From the NCBI GenBank assembly GCA_030141605.1, contig JAQGDQ010000774.1, positions 33,952 to 97,951 on the forward strand: DNA of 64,000 nucleotides, written 5' to 3'. Both the position numbers and the translations under genes were made by a program. A model generated the notes under the pieces. That model was not told the origin of the DNA. It was given only the letters and a program-made list of their open reading frames with translations, and made no database searches. Numbering within the stretch: position 1 is the first letter of the stretch; each line of letters begins with the position of its first letter. Origin of the DNA: Tubiluchus corallicola. Lineage: Eukaryota > Animalia > Priapulida. Shown piece by piece: positions 14,043 to 28,822 of this stretch.

Positions 14043-15106
14043 TCAGCTGCACACAGAAGGAGTAGACGATATATCACGGAAAGCCGTTAGATCACAGCTG
14101 CACACAGAAGGAGTAGACGATATATCACGGAAACCCGTTAGACCACAGCTGCACACAGAAGGAGTAGACGATATATCACGGAAAGCCGTTAGACCACAGC
14201 TGCACACAGAAGGAGTAGACGATATATCACGGAAAGCCGTTAGACCACAGCTGCACACAGAAGGAGTAGACGATATATCACCGAAAGCCGTTAGACCACA
14301 GCTGCACACAGAAGGAGTAGACGATATATCACGGAAAGCCGTTAGACCACAGCTGCACACAGAAGGAGTAGACGATATATCACGGAAAGCCGTTAGACCA
14401 CAGCTGCACACAGAAGGAGTAGACGATATATCACCGAAAGCCGTTAGACCACAGCTGCACACAGAAGGAGTAGACGATATATCACGGAAAGCCGTTAGAC
14501 CACAGCTGCACACAGAAGGAGTAGACGATATATCACGGAAAGCCGTTAGACCACAGCTGCACACAGAAGGAGTAGACGATATATCACCGAAAGCCGTTAG
14601 ACCACAGCTGCACACAGAAGGAGTAGACGATATATCACCGAAAGCCGTTAGATCACAGCTGCACACAGAAGGAGTAGACGATATATCACGGAAAGCCGTT
14701 AGACCACAGCTGCACACAGAAGGAGTAGACGATATATCACGGAAAGCCGTTAGATCACAGCTGCACACAGAAGGAGTAGACGATATATCACCGAAAGCCG
14801 TTAGACCACAGCTGCACACAGAAGGAGTAGACGATATATCACGGAAAGCCGTTAGACCACAGCTGCACACAGAAGGAGTAGACGATATATCACCGAAAGC
14901 CGTTAGACCACAGCTGCACACAGAAGGAGTAGACGATATATCACGGAAAGCCGTTAGACCACAGCTGCACACAGAAGGAGTAGACGATATATCACCGAAA
15001 GCCGTTAGACCACAGCTGCACACAGAAGGAGTAGACGATATATCACCGAAAGCCGTTAGATCACAGCTGCACACAGAAGGAGTAGACGATATATCACGGA
15101 AAGCCA
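14043..15106. repeat. 51-bp minisatellite, about 21 near-identical copies
   Basis: cacagctgcacacagaaggagtagacgatatatcac(g/c)gaaagccgttaga(c/t). Confidence 0.95.
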
Positions 15107-15294
15107 ATCATAATCATAATCCAATTATCTAATCAATGTCTAATTAATGATATCGTTAATTGCCAGCTGATTTAAAAATGTCATTAGATCTTGTTTCTTA
15201 TTCTTTTTAATCCTTCTCTCTCCCTTCTACTTAACACTTCGCTCGACACCACCAAAGTCAAAATGGCCAATCATCTTTGCTGTTATCGATTTCA

Positions 15295-15792
15295 TTATCG
15301 TCGTCATCACTAACACATCACTAACGTCACCATCACCATCATCTTGGTCATTATTATGATCATCATTCTCATCATCATCATCATCATCATCATCATCGTC
15401 ATGAATCACTGTCACCATCATCATCATTATTGTCGTTTTCGTCGTTGTCATCGTCATCGCCATCGTCATTGTCATTGTCATCATCATTGTCATCGTCATT
15501 GCCATTGTCATCATCATGATCATCATCGTCATCAGTGTGATTGTCATCATCATCATCATTATCATCGTCATAAATCACTGTCACCATCATCATCATCATC
15601 ATCATCATCGTCATAAATCACTGTCACCATCATCATCATTAATGTCGTTTTCGTCGGTGTCATCGTCATCGCCATCGTCATTGTCATCGTCGTTGCCATT
15701 GTCATCATCATGATCATCATCGTCATTAGTGTGATTATCATCATCATCGTGGTCATCACCATCATCGTCATCATCATCATCATTATCATCAC

Positions 15793-15830
<38 letters not shown>

Positions 15831-16035
15831 CTGTCATTATCATCATCATCGTCGTCTTCGTCATCATCGTCATAATTCTCATTATCATCATCATCACACT
15901 CATCATCATCATCAAAATTGTCGTCTTCGTCGTTGTCATCGTCATCGTAATCGTCATCGTTATCGCCATCGTTATTGTCATCGTCATTGCCATTGTCATC
16001 ATCATCGTCATCATCATCATCACTGTCATCATCAA
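15295..16035. repeat. Degenerate (ATC)n low-complexity tract
   Basis: Directly visible; similar tracts at 13368-13530, 23785-24035 and 32620-33000. Confidence 0.9.
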
Positions 16036-16480
16036 ACGTAAAAGTACTTATTTATTAGGATGACTGTCACGGACGTGTCATGTTATTCTTTCCACATTTT
16101 ACATTAGCGTGCAAATAACATAAATAATTTGAAACCCAGATGGTACAGATGTCCAAAAACAAAATTAATTGCAGGTGCTCATGTTTCTGTTTTCTTGTAT
16201 TAAGAACAGGACAAGGTCGTTTTTCATCTAAGATTACTTCTGCCCAATTATAACTCGTTTTAAGCTTTTCTTTTCCACTCGAATTTATGTGTTACTCGGG
16301 TGTTATTAATAAAGTATAATTCCGGGTACCAAGCATTTATTGAAATTTACATTTTCCATAAGCTAAATAGGGAACATAAGCTAAAACCTTGCGCCTGTTA
16401 TAGAAGTTGTGTTGCTTACATTACGAGAAAAAAAATGCCAAAAGAACACGAACGTAAGAAGAAAAATACGAAAGACGAAC

Positions 16481-16564
16481 CTTGTAATTTCCAACTTTAG
16501 TAAAAATTTGCTGTGCGTTTACGCCAGACTGAAGTGTTGTTTGTGATTTGGAACCTCCATCAGC
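16481..16564 (-). CDS. NPR1-like: NPR-like receptor constant exon 8 (Ser/Thr-rich region before the kinase-homology domain)
   Basis: Not in the ORF track. gttgcAG|GCT GAT ... TAC AAG|GTTCGT; 84 nt, phase 0 to 0; ADGGSKSQTTLQSGVNAQQIFTKVGNYK, matching the Q.F......YK(G) motif that opens the kinase-homology domain. Confidence 0.85.
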
Positions 16565-16639
16565 CTGCAACTGAGCAAATCATAATTACCATAATTTACT
16601 TGAAATGATAATTTAATTCTTTGAAATCGTCTCACAATA

Positions 16640-17170
16640 CAAGTAAATATTTTGCCACCTCTTTAAGAAACTCCATGAAAATCCCGATATTAGAAGCCCA
16701 CAGAGATTATCAAACTCTCCTGTTTCTCTATAAATATATCAACAATATTAATTCTCCTTTCAAGAACAATAAGGTTCCACTTCTTAAAAACCCCAGTATG
16801 AATAACAGAACACTAAATTTATAGTGGATAAATCAATATGGAAAGAATTCCATTACTAAGCAAGCAATACAACTTTGGAATTCATCACCGACATCACTAA
16901 AACACAGCAGCTCTTTATTAATATTCAAGTTTAAATTTAAAAAAAAACATTTAATGACTCGTCTTGAATATCCGACATACGAACACGATGATATTCACTT
17001 ACTAAACTAGTTTATATTTTATTTTTGAATTTCTAGTTGCACTTATAGTTTAGCTTGCACTAGACGCATTTGCCCAGAACAGTGTACGTTTTTTATATGA
17101 ACTAACATTGATTGTCTGTCTTTTAATATGATGCTCAATGTTTTTAAAGTGGCAAATGAAGATTTTTTCT
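16640..17170 (+). mobile_element. 5'-truncated copy related to the same LINE, in the intron between exons 7 and 8
   Basis: ATSLRNSMKIPILEAHRDYQTLLFLYKYINNINSPFKNN matches ORF2 TTNLRKTLKFQIIEAHKEYFTLLFIFKYINNISKPFQNN; 3' motif TGCACTAGACGCATTTGCC. Confidence 0.85.
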
Positions 17171-17515
17171 ACTTTTACCACTGCTGTTAGCTGAAACACA
17201 TTCAGCTAGAACGTGTCAATAAAAAGTCAAATTTTGAAACTATGGGACTAGATTTTGCTACATTGTAGCCGTTATAGTTAGTGATGGTGACACGTGTTTT
17301 AATTAGGACTGTGTTTGCGATCCAAATACAATGTACAACAATATAGCAGTAACAAATTAGTACAGATCAATACTGTCAACAGACTAAGTGATAACGAGTT
17401 CTACACACAATACACAAAAGTCATGAAAAGTTCATCGAACACCACAAGTTGTTCTATTGGTTAGTCGAGAGCTTGCTTATTTCTTGCTAACATGATAAAA
17501 TTTTATGATTTCATT

Positions 17516-17638
<123 letters not shown>

Positions 17639-17817
17639 ATATTGCCTATATGTGTACTGTGCGCATTTATAGTGTTCATATGTTCATATATATGCATACA
17701 CATAGTGCATATTGTATATATGCATAATATATACACTAATCAAACATTATATATATATATATATATATATATTGATTATTACTACATATACATAGATACA
17801 CAGTAATTGTATTTTAC

Positions 17818-17932
17818 CCTGAATGATGACTTCGACAACAATGAGCTAGCATTGGCCTTTTTCGATATGACGACATCACTCCATTGTACTTTCCACCACA
17901 TGTTAGCCAAATCGGCCTCAAGTTTTATTTTC
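17818..17932 (-). CDS. NPR1-like: NPR-like receptor constant exon 7 (cytoplasmic juxtamembrane)
   Basis: Not in the ORF track. tctttcAG|G AAA ATA ... TTC AGG|GTAAAA; 115 nt, phase 2 to 0; RKIKLEADLANMWWKVQWSDVVISKKANASSLLSKSSFR (RK..LE.EL....W.V.W.D motif of NPR-A/B). Confidence 0.9.
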
Positions 17933-18933
17933 CTGAAAGAAATTGTAAAGATTACAGTAAGGTAAACGTAAAGTCAAGTTTTCCTACAAGAAAGACATTC
18001 TTGTACTAATTTGACGTTTTTAGACAAAATTACGCTTTACAATTGCTGTCTCCTTGTAAGTATCAGTTCACGTCACAGAACACGTGACAGAACACTGCAG
18101 CTACATTATTTTAAATATGGAGTAGTTCGTGTTAAGAGACGGCAGTTCAAGCTCATAAAGCAAACTTTGACTGAATGGATGCATCGACGAATAAGCAAAA
18201 CGAACGAATGAACGAACGACCTAACGAACGAACTAGCTAACTAACTGCCTGATTGATTGACTGACTGACTGACTGACTGACTGACTGACTGATGAACAAA
18301 CGAACGAGCGAACAAGTGAATTAACGAGCGAACAAATGAACGATTGAATAGACGAGCAAACGAACGAACGAACGAGCGAACAAATGAACGAACGAACGAA
18401 TAAATGACAAACATTTGGGTGACAAAACGAGTTACAAACGAGGGAGTTGCACATCAAAAGTTCAAGCAACTTGTTCTTCTGTACATCCACTGGTAACTTA
18501 CAAACAAAAAAAAGATAGACAAAAAGGTTTAAGAAAAAAGTAAAAGAAGACAATAGAGGGAAGCAGGGAGAGAAGAGGAAAAATTAAGTGAACCAGAAAA
18601 AGAAGGTGGGCCGAAATACACAACAAACGCTCAAACAAACGAACGAACAAACAAACACACAAACACATAAATACGCAAACAAACAAACACATAAACACAT
18701 AAACAAATAAACAAACAAACCAACATACATAGATACAAACAAACAAACAAACAAACAAACAAACAAACAAACAAACAAACAAACAAACAAACAAACAAAC
18801 AAACAAACAAACAAACAAAACAAATAAACGAACGAACGAACGAACGAACGAACATACACACAAACAAACATATAAACTACGTAACAAAGAAAACCTGCAA
18901 ACACAGATTAAAACGAGTAAAATGTTTTCAAAC

Positions 18934-19018
18934 CTGTATATAAACAGACCGATGAACAAGACCAGAATCACTAGAGCTGCCAATGCTATCAGAACCACCT
19001 CATACGATTTTAAAGGCT
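18934..19018 (-). CDS. NPR1-like: NPR-like receptor constant exon 6 (transmembrane helix)
   Basis: ttttatttacAG|AG CCT ... TAC AG|GTTTGA; 85 nt, phase 1 to 2; EPLKSYEVVLIALAALVILVLFIGLFIYR. Confidence 0.9.
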
Positions 19019-19139
19019 CTGTAAATAAAATTAGGAAAACATTTTACGAAATCTACTATTGTGCAATTAAACCAGATAATTAATTCGATTCAAAGATTAA
19101 ATGCCTTTTCATATTTGTGCAGTAACGCCAGAAAAATAC

Positions 19140-19284
19140 CTTTAACTTTGCACTTTGGATCGTCTCCAAGGAAGCCACATAATGGTATGTCCGGTGGTGG
19201 TCCTTCCCATCCACCTGGCCAATGAACACTTTCACCAGGAACGCGTTCCATTTCCTTGCGTGCGCCATAATAGTTATAAATAAC
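19140..19284 (-). CDS. NPR1-like: NPR-like receptor constant exon 5 (juxtamembrane Cys pair)
   Basis: ttgcAG|GTT ATT ... GTT AAA G|GTATTT; 145 nt, phase 0 to 1; VIYNYYGARKEMERVPGESVHWPGGWEGPPPDIPLCGFLGDDPKCKVK (WP...PPPD.P.CGF....P.C motif). Confidence 0.92.
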
Positions 19285-20311
19285 CTGCAAGTCAAATTTT
19301 GAATGATTCGGCTCATCGTAACAAAGTTTAGCACAAGTGCAAGTCTCCCTTTTGAAGTGCGGGTCAGTATATTACCTGTGGAATATAAAGCAGTTTATTT
19401 TTTCACTAGGACATGGGAAATCACTGCCCGCAGTTCAAAAGGGAGGCTTGCACTTGTCAAGTAACTGGTCAATGACATTATATATTTTTTCATCTTACTT
19501 ATTTCACATGAGGTACAGCTCACATACAGAATATGCAACAAAATCACACATAACAATAAAATAAAGCATAAGACAAGGAATAGCAAGAAAATTACAGGCC
19601 TACGTGTATGGCTTCTTACAGTGTGAAAAGATTGACGTATAATTTTCTTTATTTTGAAATTCAAACTTACAAACTTTAGTGCATTTTCAACGTCAACTAT
19701 CATGCATAAAATACAAAAAATTCGGGACATCCAACTTTTTATTTCTGTTTTGCATCCTTTTGAACGGTGTGCCGCTTAATACTTTTCTACGACGTAAAAT
19801 GGCTCAGGTTAGAGTTAGAAGCCACGCATGCGCAGCGACTGATGAGTAAAGCAGTTCCCTACACCTATAATAGCAGAACGTGGATAGGTGGAACACATCC
19901 AGTGAGCGAAGCGTTACACAACTGATAATGTAATAAACTCCCGATATTGTAATACCAAAAGTATTTTAACGCATAATGTAATAATCAGAAGTTCAACAAA
20001 TATTGTACCATAAGAGGCAAAGTGTAATAAAATTTCTAACTCGTTATAGCAGAATATATGCTACGGAGGTACAGTTTTCTTATATATAGTAAAATAACGT
20101 TTGTTTTTTGAAATATGAAGCCACTCGACTCATTGCCATCACAATCCTCTTCAGGGCATTACCATCAGCCCAATGAACGAGCTCAGTTACTCACTAACCT
20201 TTGTTGTTGTTGTTGTCGTCGTCGTCATAGTCGTTGTTTTTTCTCAATTCACAACTGCAGTTTCGCTGCCTTACCAATTGTTTAACCCAAAGAATGTCAA
20301 GTGTGTAATAA

Positions 20312-21215
<904 letters not shown>

Positions 21216-21649
21216 TCGTACCGCAGAGACAATTACTGCAAAGTAGCACGGTATGTTAGTAATAAGGTAAATAGTTGTAAAATATGTGAGCCAAGCAACG
21301 ATAATTTAGACTCACTAATAATGTTGACTTGACTAGACATGATGGAAAGTCGTCTTTAGCATCATCTCTGTATTATATGTCACCTAATTCAAAGTCTGTA
21401 ATGGCAAAGTGGATTCAGAATGCTACCTGAGCAATGGCGCGATTAGTTGTTCAGCATCAAACATACATACGTTAGCTTTCGCACAAGTAAAAGTGTGACA
21501 GAAATATTTACACTATTTCGTAAGTGGTCAGTTGGTCAGGTGGTCAGTCAGGCTGCGGATCAGAAGGTCGAGGTGCTCAGCGGAGCACCGCCTAGGGGAC
21601 ATTAGTAGCACATATCTAAAACTAAGTGTCAAAATGTCTTAGAACCTGA

Positions 21650-22290
21650 GCAGGAGGCTCTATCCGGCATTGAAATACAGTGCGATGTTTTCTCTAGGCT
21701 CATTTCGTACGTGGAAAAAGGCAGTTTGTGCAATAATTCTAGAATGACAGTTTGCAATGGCTTTGTAAACGCTTTTGATCGTGTAAGGACACTTGTTCAA
21801 GCTGACATGTGCAGACGTCAGAGTTAATATGCTCTAATTGTTGTTGTTGGCATCCTTCTGTCTCGGAAAACAATGGAGTGTGCGCCAAGAGAGTCAGTTA
21901 TTGATCACATTGATGGAGCTGCAGCGTCGACTGTGACTGAGCAGTCCGATCCTTGAACGTCTCCAGGGCAAAGTATATGGAGATCCTGAGTTGCCCAGAC
22001 AACAGGAACCCCCTCTCTTCCTCTATGGTGTTGTCCAAAGGAAAACGGAGCGATACGTTTAGCACCAGGTTGGCTGCAGGAGCTGCCGGAGTCAGTGAGC
22101 ATGCTGCACTGATCCGCCTTCGGGGCTCCACTCCTGATTTGGAAGGTTTACTCCTCTACACATGGCCGTTGGGTCGCTTGACCTCCTCCGCCCTCTAGCC
22201 GTTGGCTGCTTGTGCAGCTCCTCCGCCTAGTGCCGAGATACAGCGTGGGCATGCCGCAAGCTTACAGCACCTGGCGTTCCTAGGCGTTCA
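21650..22290 (+). mobile_element. Probable relic of a CRE-clade (restriction-like endonuclease) non-LTR retrotransposon
   Basis: Fragments NAFDRV (RT motif), DNRNP...SKGK...DTF...AGAAGVSEHAA and SAEIQRGHAASL resemble CRE-type DGKRPDG..W..GK...DT.A...AG.AA and S.AVQRGNAAS.L. GC-richer than the flanks; heavily decayed. Confidence 0.5.
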
Positions 22291-24156
22291 CCCATCCAAG
22301 TACAAACCAGGCTCTACGTTGCTCATTACGTTACAGACGTCAGAGGCTCTAATTAGCAGTGAACTAATTAACGATATCCTGTTCAGTAGAAAAATCGTGA
22401 CAACGGTGAACAATTTTTTCTTCGGCTGAGTACAACTGTGTCCAGGGATCAGTACAAGGATCGGTACTTTCACCGTTCCTCTTTATATAGTATATAGCGG
22501 ATTTTCGAAAATTTCTCCCTGAAGTGAAAACATTTAATTATACAGATGCCAGTACGTTTCACGTAAGCAAAAACAATGGCAGCGAACGTATAGAAGCATG
22601 TACGAAACAATATATCCCTGCGTTATTTTTCTTTTTCGCAAATATTAATATAGCCATCGATATTGCATTAATAAAACATAGAATCGACAGTCTGTTAAAA
22701 GAGAGATTAAATCTTAGAATATTATGTTGAAACGTGTCAATTTTTGTTCGTTAAATAAGAAAAAAGTAAATTTAAGACTGAATTCCGCGAGGATTCCCCG
22801 CGAAAATGGAACATGCAGTATTTCTACCGCGCGGCAAAGTTCCGCACGAGGAGGACGCATAGCCTGTAGCTGGCAGCAGAATTCGTGAGAGAAATTACAC
22901 GAGGAATTTTCCTGCGCGTCCTCACTGTGAAATGGGCCTAACTAAACCGAAGATGCATTATTTATTTGTATGCACATTGCGTAAACTTGTCCAAATTGTT
23001 ACTCGATTTAATATCTTTGTTGTAATGTACAGTAACTATTGTAATCAGACACGTGTGTGAACAAACTGCATGAAAAACACACCCCCCTTTGCACGTATTC
23101 ACACTGCATTACGAAATAACATTAATTCAGGGAGTTATTTTATTACTTTATTGTTTAGAATTTTTGTTATTACATTATACGTTTCTGAGGTGTTACAATA
23201 TGGGTTAAACATCGGGTTATTACATTATGCGTTTTGTGGATCTTGCATTACGTATTACACGCTTTTATTACACTATCGGTTAGTTATTACATTATTACAT
23301 TGTTAGATTTTTATTAGCCCTACATTGTGTGTCGATTTTTTCAGTAATAAAATCTCTGGCGCTTATAACATTGTCAGTTCTAACAAAAATGTGCCTTTTT
23401 TACTGCTTCTAATTCGTTATGTAGTGGCTCTTCGGTCGTTTAGATACTGGCATGCGCATGCGCAGTGGAATTTCTATCAGAGACGTTTTTCTAAGATAAT
23501 GGAGGAGGAGGAAGATGAGGAGGAGAGAAATGAAATGGCTGTACGAACTGTCGATAAAACCTCAGATTGCTTTCTCGTGTAGGCAATATAGTTTGCTTTT
23601 GAGATCAAGCAAAATCTGGGATTAGTTGTCACGTGACGAACAAGGATTAGATGACACACACTGAAGCCAAGTATTACGAAAAACACTCAGGATCCATGCG
23701 AAACTTAAGCCTGAAAAGTAAATGGGCTTCACAAAGGCTCTATTAGATAAGGTAAAAATCATGAGGCTTCATCTGTCTAATGCACGATGATAATGATGAT
23801 GATGATGATGATGACGTTGACGACGATGATGATGACGACGACGACGATGATGATAATAATGAGGATGACGATGACGATGAATGACTTTAACAATGGCGAT
23901 GGCGATGACGACGACGATAATGATGATGCTGCTGCTGCTGCTGATGATGATGATGACGTTGATGATGATGATGGTGGTGATGATGATGGTGGTGGTGGTG
24001 ATGATGATGATGAGGGTGAAGATGATGATGATGATAAAAATATTCAAAACTATTCAAAAACGAGTAACTAATTGGTAGTTAAACAATGATGGTTCTGCAA
24101 AGAAATTGTGAGAAGACATTGTGATGAAATTGCTGATATGATATGTGCATGATTAC

Positions 24157-24384
24157 CTTCCATTCTCCAGACACTGGGTCTATATCTAGTAAACTATAAT
24201 CCGAATCCCTGTCACCATTAGCGTCAATGACCACATCACCAGTTATGCCTCTAAACGTCCTGTTCCACATCCTGGCTGTTATTGCCGATCCGTTCTTTGG
24301 ATCTCCTCCCTCTTCCAAGTGTTCTTTGAGGGCGATTGAGTACAGAATGACGGAGTCGTGAAACCCACCAACAAACGGGTTGAC
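24157..24384 (-). CDS. NPR1-like: NPR-like receptor constant exon 4
   Basis: ttttctAG|GTC AAC ... TGG AAG|GTAATC; 228 nt, phase 0 to 0; VNPFVGGFHDSVILYSIAL...MWNRTFRGITGDVVIDANGDRDSDYSLLD, with the hallmark NPR motifs FHD..LY and F.GITG.V.ID.NGDR. Confidence 0.93.
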
Positions 24385-24559
24385 CTAGAAAACATTCAGA
24401 TTAGTTCGGGTGAGTAGGTCAGCTGACTTATTTTCACTTACCATTTGATTAAATTTTATAAAATTATTATGAGTTTATTTCGTATAAAAATATACAGTTT
24501 ACAGAGATAAAGATGTTAGTAAAACAGGTAATGCGATGTTAGTAAAGTAACATATCTAC

Positions 24560-25130
24560 AGACATTCAACTTTATAATAACCACACGTTGTAGTTCCCTT
24601 GTAATTATATGTTATTATACAGTGTTGTAAAGAGCTAATCTTAAAACATAATCTTTAAATGAGTTCTTAACCTTTAATTTTACATTTTCGTTTAGATCTA
24701 CAGTACAGCCATATTTAAATCTTAAATTTACTTGACTGTTACTTACATAGTAGCATAGCTTTGTAATTCTCAATGTGCAAGAGTTTGCAATTTTTCTCAC
24801 AAAGTTTAATTTTCGACTATCTATTAAACAATTCGCAGTCATTGTGCCACAAAAATACATTAACAATTTGACGCTTTCATTTTGTCTAAAAAATTTTTCT
24901 ATAAGCAGTGTTCCATTTTACCCTAATGCCATTAACTTCATTGTTTGATATACCCTCAATTTCGCATCCGTATAACAAAATGGGTAGACAATATGTATTG
25001 ATCAGAGTTTTAGCTACTATGTCATTACGATTATGGCCCATACTTGAAAGAATATTATTCACGGAAGACGAATAATGTTGGTGAAACTTTCTTATGGTAT
25101 AAATTGAGACATCAAGATATAATATCATTT
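24560..25130 (-). mobile_element. Decayed LINE 3' fragment (RTE-X-like)
   Basis: TLINTYCLPILLYGCE...WNTAYRKIF*...VKLLMYFCG; contains stops. Confidence 0.7.
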
Positions 25131-25768
25131 GGTTCTTAAAATGCGATGTTTATACAACGTGAATGGCACAGTGCCGCATCAGTTACACCTGGGCTGGATC
25201 AACCAGATGCTTTACTCACCTGTTAAGCGCATTATTGACGTAACCGCCTCTGGTTTTGTGTTAGATCTTCAAATTTCAGATTTACCTCTGTGCTCACGCA
25301 TGAGCTCGCAAACTAACTGAAAGGTACTGCACCTGTTTTTTTAGTAATGCGTTTTCGAAATGCAGGCGCTAGTGAAAGGCGAAATGTATGTAACAGTGAA
25401 CAACTAGTGGCGCGAACGTGAAGTTGTGTTTGCGTGGTAATAATTCTTTCACGTAAGTCATTGCTGAAAACATAGTAAGTTTCCTTTCAACATTTGTTGT
25501 AGATTGTTTTGATCTACAGTTTAAGATCTACAGTTTCTTTTGCTGTTAAGAACTGGCTCTTAGGACTTGCCTTCACTTTCAGATATCTCGTGATACTCAG
25601 TTTTCTGTTGCTTCTCATATTCATACATTGAATTTTTCTAGATGCAGTTACCTGTTCTTAAATCCAGTTACTTTTCTCAGCCTTCCTATCTGTGGAAGCC
25701 TTTACTTATCGGAAATTTTTTCTCTGCTGATAAAGTTGCACTCGTTTTAAAAAGAACATCGAGAGAAA

Positions 25769-26531
25769 GCTTTGTCATTAACAAATTAATAGTAAGCGTT
25801 CCTGCACAAAGCTTTGTCATTAACAAATTAATAGTAAGCGTTCCTGCACAAAGCTTTGTCATTAACAAATTAATAGTAAGCGTTCCTGCACAAATCTTTG
25901 GCATTAACAAATTAATAGTAAGCGTTCCTGCACAAATCTTTGTCATTAACAAATTAATAGTAAACGTTCCTGCAAAAATCTTTGTCATTAACAAATTAAT
26001 AGTAAGCGTTCCTGCACAAATCTTTGTCATTAACAAATTAATAGTAAACGTTCCTGCACAAATCTTTGTCATCAACAAATTAATAGTAAGCGTTCCTGCA
26101 CAAATCTTTGTCATTAACAAATTAATAGTAAACGTTCCTGCACAAATCTTTGTCATTAACAAATTAATAGTAAACGTTCCTGCAAAAATCTTTGTCATTA
26201 ACAAATTAATAGTAAGCGTTCCTGCACAAATCTTTGTCATTAACAAATTAATAGTAAACGTTCCTGCACAAATCTTTGTCATTAACAAATTAATAGTAAG
26301 CGTTCCTGCACAAATCTTTGTCATTAACAAATTAATAGTAAGCGTTCCTGCACAAATCTTTGTCATTAACAAATTAATAGTAAACGTTCCTGCACAAATC
26401 TTTGTCATTAACAAATTAATAGTAAACGTTCCTGCACAAATCTTTGGCATTAACAAATTAATAGTAAGCGTTCCTGCACAAATCTTTGTCATTAACAAAT
26501 TAATAGTAAGTGTTCCTGCACAAACCTTTGT
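25769..26531. repeat. 42-bp minisatellite, about 18 copies
   Basis: ctttgtcattaacaaattaatagtaa(g/a)cgttcctgcacaaat. Confidence 0.95.
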
Positions 26532-26871
26532 CTCGCCTTTGCGCACGGGGGCGCTTGCCCCACGTCACCCCCACCTTGCTACGTTGAATTAATCTTTCTT
26601 TATTCTCCATTGTTCAATGTTTAGCATTGTCATATTACTTGCTTCATTGTCTACATGCGTGCAATATCTGTGTTCTCATGTACAAGCGAGACATTTAAAT
26701 CTGTGGTTCGCATGCTTAATTTAGTGCTTTAACGGAAGTGGTGCTGCCAAGCCACTGTAGCAGTGTCTAGTTTTTTTTGCTGGATTACTGCTGCGTTTAC
26801 CTGTCTGAAGGCAGATTTCTTTTATTTTAGAATTCTGCCTGCCCAATGTCTACAATAGACTTGACGGGCGT

Positions 26872-26916
<45 letters not shown>

Positions 26917-26926
26917 CTTAATTTAC

Positions 26927-27061
26927 CTCTTCCTTCCCATAGTCAAAGTTGTAATCCCTTTTGGCGCGTTTTCTCACTTCCTCTGTGAAGTTGGTGTATT
27001 CTTCGTCGGTTGGTTTTAACAAAGATATAAGAAATAGCGATTCATATGCCTTCCTAGCTAT
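26927..27061 (-). CDS. NPR1-like: NPR-like receptor constant exon 3
   Basis: Not in the ORF track. tgtttttAG|ATA GCT AGG ... GAA GAG|GTAAAT; 135 nt, phase 0 to 0; IARKAYESLFLISLLKPTDEEYTNFTEEVRKRAKRDYNFDYGKEE. Confidence 0.9.
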
Positions 27062-27443
27062 CTAAAAACAAAAACAAAATTTAATATGTAAACATTTGAC
27101 TTGTGATGGGCAAGAATAGTTTTGAGAACATAAATTGTGCGAAATTTCAGCTTTGTAGGGCACTTGTTTCTAATATTATTGTAGTTTAAACTTTGGCACA
27201 TTTTCCGACCCGATATAATAATTTCTCGTTAAAAGAACGGGACAAAACTATAACGGTAAAACTGAGACGAATATTTATAACTTTGCGTGATTCTAGGCAA
27301 AAGCTTACGTAGGTTAACAGAAGTCACAGCAACCTTTTCTGTGGCCAGTAAAATTGCTCATTGATTTTACATCACTAACACGAGGATCTTCATTGATTAT
27401 CGAACACAGTAGTAAGTTTTTCCATTTCCACATCATCATTTTA

Positions 27444-28700
27444 TACAGATCAGGCAGGTACAACCATGTATGTACCACGTATGTATAGACCAGGCAGGTA
27501 CAACTATGTATGTGCCACGTATGTATAGACCAGGCAGGTACAACTATGTATGTGCCACGTACGTATAGACCAGGCAGGTACAACCATGTATGTGCCACGT
27601 ACGTATAGACCAGGCAGGTACAACTATGTATGTACCACGTAGGTATAGACCAGGCAAGTACAACTATGTATGTGCCACGTACGTATAGACCAAGCAGGTA
27701 CAACCATGTATGTACCACGTATGTATAGACCAGGCAGGTACAACCATGTATGTGCCACGTACGTATAGACCAGGCAGGTACAACCATGTATGTGCCACGT
27801 ACGTATAGACCAGGCAGGTACAACCATGTATGTACCACGTACGTATAGACCAGGCAGGTACAACCATGTATGTACCACGTAGGTATAGACCAGGCAAGTA
27901 CAACCATGTGTGTGCCACGTACGTATAGACCAGGCAAGTACAACCATGTATGTACCACGTATGTATAGACCAGGCAGGTACAACTATGTATGTGCCACGT
28001 ACGTATAGACCAAGCAGGTACAACTATGTATGTACCACGTACGTATAGACCAGGCAAGTACAACCATGTATGTACCACGTATGTATAGACCAGGCAGATA
28101 CAACTATGTATGTACCACGTATGTATAGACCAGGTAGGTACAACCATGTATGTACCACGTATGTATAGACCAGGCAAGTACAACCATGTGTGTGCCACGT
28201 ACGTATAGACCAGGCAGGTACAACTATGTATGTACCACGTATGTATAGACCAGGCAGGTACAACTATGTATGTGCCACGTACGTATAGACCAAGCAGGTA
28301 CAACTATGTATGTGCCACGTACGTATAGACCAAGCAGGTACAACTATGTATGTACCACGTACGTATAGACCAGGCACGTACAACTATGTATGTACCACGT
28401 ATGTACAGACCAGGTAGATACAACTATGTATGTACCACCTATGTACAGACCAGGTAGATACAACTACGTATGTACCAAGTATGTACAGACCAGGTAGATA
28501 CAACTACGTATGTACCACGTATGTATAGACCAGGTAGATACAACTACGTATGTACCACCTATGTACAGACCAGGTAGATACAACTACGCATGTACCACCT
28601 ATGTACAGACCAGGTAGATACAACTATGTATGTACCACCTATGTACAGGTCAGGCAGCTAGAACTACGTATGTACCAAGTATGTACAGACCAGACATGTA
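27444..28700. repeat. 40-bp minisatellite, about 31 copies
   Basis: atagaccaggcaggtacaactatgtatgtgccacgtacgt; a distinct variant block (acagaccaggtagatac) occupies the right end. Confidence 0.95.
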
Positions 28701-28790
28701 CCATTTAACAAAATACAATCTCATTTTTTAACAGTGGCGGTAAATAAAAACGAATTTGAAGACTCGTCCAAAAATTACCTTACAGACAAT

Positions 28791-28822
<32 letters not shown>

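Noticed and set aside
25642-28303. 316/286-aa and 329-aa repetitive ORFs
   Set aside because: Translations of intronic 42-bp and 40-bp minisatellites.
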